Shown one piece after another: positions 34,652 through 41,843 of a stretch of DNA of 64,000 bases. Made by a program: the position numbers and the translations under genes. The DNA comes from Phycisphaeraceae bacterium (lineage in GTDB: Bacteria; Planctomycetota; Phycisphaerae; Phycisphaerales; Phycisphaeraceae). The notes beneath the pieces are model-generated. The model was not told the origin of the DNA. It worked only from the letters and a program-made list of their open reading frames with translations, and did not search any database. The stretch spans positions 230,912 through 294,911 of the forward strand of contig JAVKCD010000019.1 in assembly GCA_040222855.1 (NCBI GenBank). The letters run 5' to 3'. Position 1 is the stretch's first letter, and the number at the start of each line of letters is the position of its first letter.

Positions 34652-35650
34652 TCAGGAGCAACCGCAGGTTTTTCGGGCGACGAAGCGAGTCGGGACGGAG
34701 GGGGTCCAGTCGTCATCGGGCGACTGTTTACGGAGTTGCATGAGGGCGGCCTGGACGGCTAGTTCGCCGAAGGCGCGCATGGGGACGTTGACGGTGCTGA
34801 GGTCGAGGTGTCGTGCCATGGGTTCGTCGTCGAAGCCGATGAGTTTGATGTCTTCGGGGACGCGGACGCCGGCGTGGCGGAGGGCGTCGAGGGCACCGAT
34901 GGCCATGCGGTCGTTGAGGGCGAAGATGGCGTCAGGCATGGGCTTTCCGGCTTCGAGTCGCTCGCTGACGGCGCGGTACCCGCTGTCTTCGCGGAAGGAG
35001 CCGTGCCAGAGGGCATCGGGTGGGAGTCGGATGTCGGCTTCTTTGGCGGCTTTTCGGCAGCCGAGGATGCGTTGGCGAGAGTCGGAGGAGTCGGAGGGTC
35101 CGGTGATGACGGCGACGGATTGGCAGTGGTGTTGCACGAGAAGGTGGCGCATGGCCTGGTAAGCGCCGGTGGCGTTGTCGATCTCGACGACGAGGCTGTC
35201 GCAGTGGTCTGCGGGTCGGTCCATGAGGACGACGGGGACGCGGGAGGTGTCAAGGTTTTCGAGTAGTTCGCCGGGGAGCTGGAGGTTCATGACGACGAGG
35301 GCATCGACGCGGCGTTCCATGACGTATTGGCGGACGAGTCGGACGCCGTCGGTCGGGCTGTGGCCGAAGGCGAAGACGGCTTCGTAGCCTTCGCGGGAGG
35401 CTTCTGCGGAGATGCCTTTGAGGACCTCGGCGAAGAACCCGCTGTCGAGGTCGGGGAAGATGACGCCCAGGGTGTTGGTGGCGTGGCTGGCGAGGGATCG
35501 GGCGGCGTAGCTGGGGGCGTAGTTGAGGTCGGCGATGGCTTTGAGGACGCGTTGTTTGGTGGCATCGGAGACGGGGGCGGTTCCGTTGAGGACACGGGAG
35601 ACGGTGGCGATGGAGACGCCGGCGCGTTTTCCGACCTGCTCGAGGCTCAT
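34652..35650 (-). CDS. LacI family transcriptional regulator
   Basis: MSLEQVGKRAGVSIATVSRVLNG...V....RV..A...L.Y HTH followed by a sugar-binding core. Confidence 0.9.
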   Translation of the reverse strand: MSLEQVGKRAGVSIATVSRVLNGTAPVSDATKQRVLKAIADLNYAPSYAARSLASHATNTLGVIFPDLDSGFFAEVLKGISAEASREGYEAVFAFGHSPTDGVRLVRQYVMERRVDALVVMNLQLPGELLENLDTSRVPVVLMDRPADHCDSLVVEIDNATGAYQAMRHLLVQHHCQSVAVITGPSDSSDSRQRILGCRKAAKEADIRLPPDALWHGSFREDSGYRAVSERLEAGKPMPDAIFALNDRMAIGALDALRHAGVRVPEDIKLIGFDDEPMARHLDLSTVNVPMRAFGELAVQAALMQLRKQSPDDDWTPSVPTRFVARKTCGCS

Positions 35651-35698
35651 GGGTGTCGGTCCGGGTGGAGACAGAGAATCATCGCGGGCCGGGGCTCG

Positions 35699-35712
35699 CG
35701 TAAGCGTTTACA
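35699..35712. promoter_or_regulatory. LacI-type operator candidate (site D, autoregulatory position)
   Basis: CGTAAGCGTTTACA (reverse complement TGTAAACGCTTACG) lies ~50 nt upstream of the LacI start codon at 35650. Confidence 0.5.
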
Positions 35713-35804
35713 TTGTGAGTGTACCCCGGAATGGGTCGTCCGCAAGGGCGTTCTGAAAAAGAGTGGCTGGGGCCAAGGGGATCGAGCGGCGAGCTGTATG
35801 AAGG

Positions 35805-36347
35805 TCAGGTGCCCGAGGGGTAGCGGAGGCGGACTCTGAGTCCCTGGCCCTGGAAGATGGCACCGGAGGCGTCGATGCGGAGGAGGGTGAAGCCGTCGAG
35901 CTGGTCGCCGGGGCGGAGGCGTTGGTTGTCGATGAGGACGATCCCCCCTCGGGCGTCGCGGAGGAGGGCCTGGAGTTTTCGGGTGGAGAGGAACTGGCGT
36001 GCGCGGTCTTCGGGTGTCTGGGTGGCGTTGTAGGTCTGGGGTCCTGGGGTCTGTTGGGCGGCTGGGTCGGTGAGGGCCGAGACGGCGAAGGGGTTGCGGG
36101 GCTGGTCGGTGTCGGGTTGCTGAATGCGACCGGCGACCCGGAGCAGTTCGGCGAGGGAGCCGATCGACTCGGTGAGGGTTGGCGTCGCTGGTGACGTGTT
36201 GGGTGAGGTGGGGGTGGCTGAGCTGAGGATCGAGATCGCTTCGGCGGGTTGGGGGTCGCTGGCTCCGCGGAGGACGAAGTGATCCAACCCGAGGGCGCTG
36301 ACGGCGAGTGTCATGACGGCGATGAGGATAGAGCGTTGTCGGGTCAT
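35805..36347 (-). CDS. Membrane-anchored GspC/PilP-like protein (last gene of the secretion/pilus operon)
   Basis: N-terminal TM (ILIAVMTLAVSALGL), a Pro/Thr-rich linker, and a C-terminal ...GGIVLIDNQRLRPGDQLDGFTLLRIDASGAIFQ... beta-domain pattern like the GspC-HR/PilP secretin-interacting domains. Its start overlaps the upstream stop by 4 nt. Confidence 0.5.
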   Translation of the reverse strand: MTRQRSILIAVMTLAVSALGLDHFVLRGASDPQPAEAISILSSATPTSPNTSPATPTLTESIGSLAELLRVAGRIQQPDTDQPRNPFAVSALTDPAAQQTPGPQTYNATQTPEDRARQFLSTRKLQALLRDARGGIVLIDNQRLRPGDQLDGFTLLRIDASGAIFQGQGLRVRLRYPSGT

Positions 36348-36955
36348 GGGGTGGCCTCCGGGTTGGTGGCCGTGATGAGGCCGGAGGCGATTCTGTCGGT
36401 TGGCGGGGTGGCGTACCAGGTCATGCCGAGGGTGAGGGTCATGGGGCTGTCGGATGCGGTGGGCGTGTCGCTGGCTGTGGAGAGGTTGAACTCGGTGATG
36501 CGTAGGTCGGGGAAGTCGGAGCCGAGGCGGTCGAAGAGCTTGCGGGCGTTGGTGTAGGTCGCGCTGGTTTGGGTCTGCAGGGGAACGATGACAAAACCAT
36601 CCTGCAGAGCTGGGTCGGCGGGTTCGATGCGTTCGGCGCGGTGGTCGAGTTGTTTGAGGAGATTGGCGAGGTCGCGGAGTCTTCGGTTGAGGGCGTCGGC
36701 GGTCAGGAGTTGGTTGGAGCCTTCCTGAGTCAGCAGCAGCAGGTCATCGCGTTGTTTTTCGACGCTGCGGAGTTCGGTCTGCGATGTGGCGAGGGCTGCT
36801 TCGGTTTCCTGTTGCTGTTGGCGGGCGATCTCTGCGGCGGTGTTGCTGAGGATGGACGAGATGACAAACCCGCCTGTGACGAGGATGGCCAGGAGGATGA
36901 CCGCGCCCAGGGCGTCGAGTTGCGAGATTTTGAGGGGTGGGTTGTGTTTGGTCAT
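36344..36955 (-). CDS. PilO/GspM-like bitopic membrane protein
   Basis: Short cytoplasmic N-terminus, one TM (LGAVILLAILVTGGFVISSIL), a coiled coil (EIARQQQQETEAALATSQTELRSVEKQRDDLLLL) and a C-terminal alpha/beta domain. The call rests on position and architecture only. Confidence 0.5.
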   Translation of the reverse strand: MTKHNPPLKISQLDALGAVILLAILVTGGFVISSILSNTAAEIARQQQQETEAALATSQTELRSVEKQRDDLLLLTQEGSNQLLTADALNRRLRDLANLLKQLDHRAERIEPADPALQDGFVIVPLQTQTSATYTNARKLFDRLGSDFPDLRITEFNLSTASDTPTASDSPMTLTLGMTWYATPPTDRIASGLITATNPEATP

Positions 36956-37530
36956 TGCTCGCCTCCGCGTTCTGCCATGAGCGCGAGGATTCGGAATCGG
37001 ACGCGTTCGTCATTGGGATCGAGGCGTCGTGATTCGTCGATCATCACGCGTTGGAAGAGGCCGGTTGCTTCGAGGCGTACGGCGTAGTCGGAGACCGAGG
37101 CGGTGTCGCTGGCGTTGCCTTCGAGGTCGATGCGGGCTTGTTGGAGCGGTTCGGTGGGTGAGGCTTCGGATGGTGTTGCCAGGCGCAGGGAGCGGAGGAC
37201 GATGAGATCGCCCTGGACGGCGGCTAGGGCGTCGAGGAGGAGGCCCCAGTTGGGGTGGTGCCGGATGATTCTCGCGCTGGCCGTCTGCTCGTGGAGGCGG
37301 GCGTGTTCGGCGCGGACGGTGATGATCTGGGCGTTGACCTTGGAGAGTTTTGACTGGAGGTTGGCGAGGGTGGCTCCCTGCTCGGGTTGTTGCTGGGAAG
37401 CCCAGACGACGCCTACGGTGGCGGCTGTGCCGGCGAGCGCGATGATGGTGATGGAGGTCCATCGCTGGAGCCTGCGGCGGAAGCGGCGTAGCTCGATTCG
37501 GTATTTCGGGATGAGGTTGCCGTTGCTCAT
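36952..37530 (-). CDS. PilN-like (fimbrial assembly) protein
   Basis: NLIPKYRIELRRFRRRLQRW followed by a TM and a coiled coil, the canonical PilN N-terminus. The ATG at 37528-37530 overlaps the pilM stop (ATGA). Confidence 0.6.
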   Translation of the reverse strand: MSNGNLIPKYRIELRRFRRRLQRWTSITIIALAGTAATVGVVWASQQQPEQGATLANLQSKLSKVNAQIITVRAEHARLHEQTASARIIRHHPNWGLLLDALAAVQGDLIVLRSLRLATPSEASPTEPLQQARIDLEGNASDTASVSDYAVRLEATGLFQRVMIDESRRLDPNDERVRFRILALMAERGGEQ

Positions 37531-38528
37531 GCGGCGGCCCTCCATCCGGATGCAGCCAGGGCGAAGGCGAGCTCGGTGCCGGGTTGCGGGTCGTTGGTGT
37601 TCTGGGAAATGTCGGCTTCGATGGTGCGTGCGAGGTGCTCGGCGACTTGCGGGTAGCGTGCTCCGCCGCCGGTGAGAATGATTCTCGGTCGATCATCCTG
37701 GCTGCCGAGACGGCTGACGTAGTTTTTGCAGACGGCGGTTTCTTCGGTGACGAGTCCGGCGTACTGCCTGATGGCTTTGGTCAGGGTGGGATCATCTTGC
37801 GTTGGGGTTTCGCTGGATTGAGTCTGCTTGAGTAGTTCGTGGACGGTGGCGAAGGGTTGTCCGGCGGTCTCGGCGACGGTGGCGAAGAGGGTTTCTAGGC
37901 CGGCGGGTTCGATGGTGCGTTCGTAGACCACGCTGCCTGAGAGGCAGGCGATGACGCGGCAGGCGCTCCAGCCGAGGTCGACCAAGAGGGTCAGGCCGCG
38001 CTCGGTGTTGTCGTTGACCAGGGTCGTGGCGAGCGCGAGGGCGGGGACTTCGATGCGCTGGGTGTCGAAACCGGCCTGGGTCATGCTTTCGATCAGCTTG
38101 TCTGCGTGCGCGTGTTCGAGCACGTAGGACATGATCTGCTTGCGGCCTTTGGCGCCTTCGGCTGGTTCAGCGCGGTGCAGGGCATACTCGAAGCCGGTGG
38201 GCTCGATGCGGTGAAGCCTTGACAGGGCCATCCGCGCGGCTTGTTCGGCGGCGACGGGGTCTGACGCTGAGGGGAGTTCGACGATCGAGCTGTGCAGGTG
38301 TTCGATGGGTGCGGCGAGGACGCATGATCGACCGTGGAAGCCACGGAGTGTCATCAGGCTATCGAGCTTGCGGTACCAGGTGGCATCGTCGGTGTGGTCG
38401 GGCCGTGTGATTGAGAGTGAGGCGGAGATGCGCGGGTTGGTCGCGCTGCCTGAGAGTTGGACGGCTTTCACCTGACGGGTGCCGAGGTCGAGGCCGATGG
38501 GTGATCGTCGTGAGAGGTGGAGGTTCAT
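37527..38528 (-). CDS. pilM: PilM-like actin-fold pilus/secretion assembly protein
   Basis: The IGLDLGTRQVKAVQL phosphate-1-like motif, a length of ~330 aa, and a position directly after gspF and before the pilN-like gene. Confidence 0.75.
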   Translation of the reverse strand: MNLHLSRRSPIGLDLGTRQVKAVQLSGSATNPRISASLSITRPDHTDDATWYRKLDSLMTLRGFHGRSCVLAAPIEHLHSSIVELPSASDPVAAEQAARMALSRLHRIEPTGFEYALHRAEPAEGAKGRKQIMSYVLEHAHADKLIESMTQAGFDTQRIEVPALALATTLVNDNTERGLTLLVDLGWSACRVIACLSGSVVYERTIEPAGLETLFATVAETAGQPFATVHELLKQTQSSETPTQDDPTLTKAIRQYAGLVTEETAVCKNYVSRLGSQDDRPRIILTGGGARYPQVAEHLARTIEADISQNTNDPQPGTELAFALAASGWRAAA

Positions 38529-39754
38529 CAGTTACCTCCTGCGCTGGCGGTGAGGTCGAACAGCGGGAGGAAGAGACTCACGGCGACGGCGCCGACGAGC
38601 AGGCCGATGAAGACGAGGACGGCGGGGCCGAGCATGTTAAGGACGGCTTTGAGAACGATCTCGTTGTCTTCGTCCATAAACTCGGCGACGGTGATCAGGA
38701 GTGTGTCGGTGGTGCCGGTCTCTTCGCCGTTCTTGAGGGCTTCGTAGAGCGAGACGGGGATGAGTTCGGTGCGGCCAAAGGATGTGCTCAGGGGTGATCC
38801 CTGGGCGGTGGCTTCTTCGGCGCGTTCGAGGAGGGCCTGGTAGTGATGGTTGCTGACGGTGGTTCGTGTGAGTCTTAGGGCGTCGAGGAGATCGACGTGG
38901 CTGGCGAGCAGGACGCCGAGGAGTCTCGCGATCCGAGCGCTGACGAAGCCTTGTGTGACGGTCTTGACCAGAGGGGCTCGGACCAAGAGGGTCTGGACGT
39001 GGCTGCGGCCGATGTCGGAGGCGAAGTAGCGGACGATCCCCGCCACGATCACCAGCAATGCGGGGACGATTCCCCACCAGTAGGCGGTGAAGAGTTCGCT
39101 GGAGACGATCATGGCTTTGGTGAGTGGCGGGAGCGGGACGTTCATGGTTTCAAAGAGGGTCGAAAACCTGGGCAGGACCACGCTGATGAGCATGGCGACC
39201 ATGCCGAAGCCGACGAAGAGGACCATGATGGGATAGGTCAGAGCGCCCTGGACCTGGCGGCGGAGGTGGAGTTGGTTGTGGGTGAGTGAGCCGAGGCGGG
39301 CGAACATGTCATCGAGTTTGCCTGAGCTTTCGCCAGCGGAGACGAGGCTGCAGGCGATGGCGTCGAAGTAGCGGGGGTGCTGCTCCATGGCTTCGGACAT
39401 CGGGATGCCTTCTTCGAGGCGTTCTCTGATCTTGACGAGCATGGCACGCCAGGCGGGATCGGTGGACTGTCGTTCGACGGCGTTGATGGCGGTAACCAGT
39501 GAAGCGCCGGACTTGAGAAGCACGTGGAGGTGTCGTGCGAAGGAGGCGACGAGTCGGAGCCGTTTGTTGGTAGAGACATACTGCCAGCCGGTCTTGCGCT
39601 TGGCGGTCTTTTTGCCGGCCTTGACCGGCTGGAGGTCGGTTGCGAAGAGGCCTTTGCGATGCAGGAGGTCAGCGGCCTGCATGGCGTCGTCGGCTTCGAT
39701 GATGTCGCTGACGACATGTCCGGAGGCGTTGAGGGCCTGGTAAGCGAGTTTCAT
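38528..39754 (-). CDS. gspF: Type II secretion system F family platform protein (GspF/PilC)
   Basis: Two T2SSF repeats (e.g. LLKSGASLVTAINAVERQ and LLASHVDLLDALRLT), three TM segments and a length of 408 aa. Confidence 0.9.
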   Translation of the reverse strand: MKLAYQALNASGHVVSDIIEADDAMQAADLLHRKGLFATDLQPVKAGKKTAKRKTGWQYVSTNKRLRLVASFARHLHVLLKSGASLVTAINAVERQSTDPAWRAMLVKIRERLEEGIPMSEAMEQHPRYFDAIACSLVSAGESSGKLDDMFARLGSLTHNQLHLRRQVQGALTYPIMVLFVGFGMVAMLISVVLPRFSTLFETMNVPLPPLTKAMIVSSELFTAYWWGIVPALLVIVAGIVRYFASDIGRSHVQTLLVRAPLVKTVTQGFVSARIARLLGVLLASHVDLLDALRLTRTTVSNHHYQALLERAEEATAQGSPLSTSFGRTELIPVSLYEALKNGEETGTTDTLLITVAEFMDEDNEIVLKAVLNMLGPAVLVFIGLLVGAVAVSLFLPLFDLTASAGGN

Positions 39755-41499
39755 GCGGCCCTCCGTTCCTGCTCGCCGGGAGACTGGGCGTCGAGCATGT
39801 CGTCCTGAGTGACGCGGAGGGCTTCTTCGAGGCTGGTTTGGCCTTCGACGGCGAGGCGGACGGCTTCATCGCGGAGGGTTTTTCCCCCGATTTCCCGCCA
39901 GGCTTCGCGGAGGACGTGGGTGGGTTCAGCGCGGTGGACCATGCGTCGGAGGGCGGGGACGATTTCCATGACTTCGTAGACGCCGAGGCGTCCTTTGAAG
40001 CCGGAGTTGTGGCAGCTCTCGCAGCCAGCGCCCATGTGGAAAGCGCGGCTCTTGTCGGGATCGAGCCCGGCGTCGCGGAGGACGTGGGGCTCGGGGTAGT
40101 AGCGGGTTTTGCAATCGGGACAGACGCGTCGTGCGAGGCGCTGGGCAACGACGCCATTGATCGCACCGGAGAGGAGGTAGGACTCGATGCCCATGTCGAG
40201 CAATCGGGAGACGGCGCCGGGCGCGTCGTTGGTGTGGAGGGTGGCGAGGACAAGGTGACCGGTGAGGGCGGCCTGAACGGCGACACGGGAGGTCTCGTCG
40301 TCGCGGATCTCACCGACCATGATGATGTCGGGGTCCTGTCGGAGAATACTGCGTAGGGCGCGTGCGAAGGTCATGCCGATCTGGGTGTGGACCTGGATCT
40401 GGTTGATGAGGTCGAGCTGGTATTCGACGGGGTCTTCGACGGTAACAAGGTTGGTCTCGGGGCTGCGGAGGAGTTCGAGGGCGGAATAGAGGGTCGTGGT
40501 CTTGCCGCTGCCGGTGGGACCGGTCACGAGGACGAGGCCGTGGGGCTGCTTGAGCATGCGTTTGAAGGCGTCGAGCTGTTCTTCCTGAAATCCGAGTTGT
40601 TCGAGACGGATGCGGAGATTTTCCTTGTCGAGGATTCGCATTACGAGCTTCTCGCCGAGGAGAGTCGGCATGCTGGACACACGGATATCGATCTCGCGGC
40701 GTTCGGCGACGATCCGGATTCGTCCTTCCTGGGGGAGTCGTTTCTCGGCGATGTCCATGGACGCCATGACCTTGATTCGTGAGGAGATGGCGGCGTGCAT
40801 GCCGGATGGCGGGCTCATGAGTTCGCGGAGCATGCCGTCGATGCGGTAGCGGATGCGTGTGCCTTTTTTCTCGGGCTCGACGTGGATGTCGCTGGCACCG
40901 TCGCGGATGGCGGTGAGGAGGGCGAGATTGACAAGGTTGATGATCGGGCTGCCGGTGGCCATCCGGTCGAGGTCGGTAACGGGGCCTTCATCGACGGCTT
41001 CCTGCTCAACGAGTGTGACGTCGGACTCGGCGAGTGAGGTGAGGAACTGGTCGACATTGACGTCGCCGGAGCTGTACTTGTCGATGAACTCGCGAATGTT
41101 GGCTTCGAGGGCGAGCACCGGGCGGACCTGGCAGCCGGTGATCTGGCGGATCCTGTCGATGGCTGGGAGAGAGTGCGGGTCGGCCATGGCGACGGTGAGG
41201 GTGCCGTGGACTTTGAACATCGGGATGGCGATGAGTCGTTCGCACTCTTCGACGCCAAGAAGCTCGAAGAGCTCGGGGTCGATCAGGCCGTGGCGGAGTT
41301 GGCAGCCGGGCATTCCCTGAACACGGGCGAGCGCGTTGATGAGGGTGTTGGCTTGGATGACGCCTTGTTCGACAAGCACTTCGCCGAGTTTTTTTCCGCC
41401 CGTCTGCCGGCGCAGCGCATCGGAGAGCTGCTGTTCGGAGAGGTGACCTCCGTCGAGCAGGACTTCGCCGATGCGCTTGGGTGGTCCTGTGTCACTCAC
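39751..41499 (-). CDS. gspE: Type II secretion / type IV pilus assembly ATPase (GspE/PilB family) with an N-terminal MshEN/T2SSE_N domain
   Basis: Walker A (GPTGSGKTTTLY), Asp box, Walker B, His box (TGHLVLATLHTND) and a tetracysteine cluster (CPDC...CESC). The N-terminus has RIGEVLLDGGHLSEQQLSDALRRQ / LGEVLVEQGVIQANTLINALARVQ repeats. Confidence 0.92.
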   Translation of the reverse strand: MSDTGPPKRIGEVLLDGGHLSEQQLSDALRRQTGGKKLGEVLVEQGVIQANTLINALARVQGMPGCQLRHGLIDPELFELLGVEECERLIAIPMFKVHGTLTVAMADPHSLPAIDRIRQITGCQVRPVLALEANIREFIDKYSSGDVNVDQFLTSLAESDVTLVEQEAVDEGPVTDLDRMATGSPIINLVNLALLTAIRDGASDIHVEPEKKGTRIRYRIDGMLRELMSPPSGMHAAISSRIKVMASMDIAEKRLPQEGRIRIVAERREIDIRVSSMPTLLGEKLVMRILDKENLRIRLEQLGFQEEQLDAFKRMLKQPHGLVLVTGPTGSGKTTTLYSALELLRSPETNLVTVEDPVEYQLDLINQIQVHTQIGMTFARALRSILRQDPDIIMVGEIRDDETSRVAVQAALTGHLVLATLHTNDAPGAVSRLLDMGIESYLLSGAINGVVAQRLARRVCPDCKTRYYPEPHVLRDAGLDPDKSRAFHMGAGCESCHNSGFKGRLGVYEVMEIVPALRRMVHRAEPTHVLREAWREIGGKTLRDEAVRLAVEGQTSLEEALRVTQDDMLDAQSPGEQERRAA

Positions 41500-41831
41500 A
41501 GGAAGCTCCTGGCGGCTGCGTTGACATCGACGTAGTGCTCGAACATCGAGTCGAGGTCGGTGAGGGTGAGGACTTCACGGATCAGGGCGTTGGCGGAGGC
41601 GAGCTTTAGGACGCGCCCGCTGGCGGACATTGACTCGGTGAGGTCGACGAGGGTTTCGAGGGCTTTGCTGTCGAGGAAGGGGACGGCGGTGAGGTCGACG
41701 ACCACGCGACCGAGACTGGATTTATTGAGGGGCTCGGCGGCTTTGCGGAGCGTCTCCCCTGCGTCGCCGGTGAGGGGTCCGTTCGGCGCCAGCACGGCGA
41801 CGGCCCCGACGTTGGTCTGAGCGATCTCCAT
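41496..41831 (-). CDS. STAS domain protein (anti-sigma-factor-antagonist fold)
   Basis: 111 aa with ...VVVDLTAVPFLDSKALETLVDL......LKLASANALIREVLTLTDLDSMFEHY, the canonical SpoIIAA/RsbV pattern including the DS(x) Ser position. Its stop overlaps the gspE start (ATGA). Confidence 0.85.
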   Translation of the reverse strand: MEIAQTNVGAVAVLAPNGPLTGDAGETLRKAAEPLNKSSLGRVVVDLTAVPFLDSKALETLVDLTESMSASGRVLKLASANALIREVLTLTDLDSMFEHYVDVNAAARSFL

Positions 41832-41843
41832 ACCTGGTCTCCT

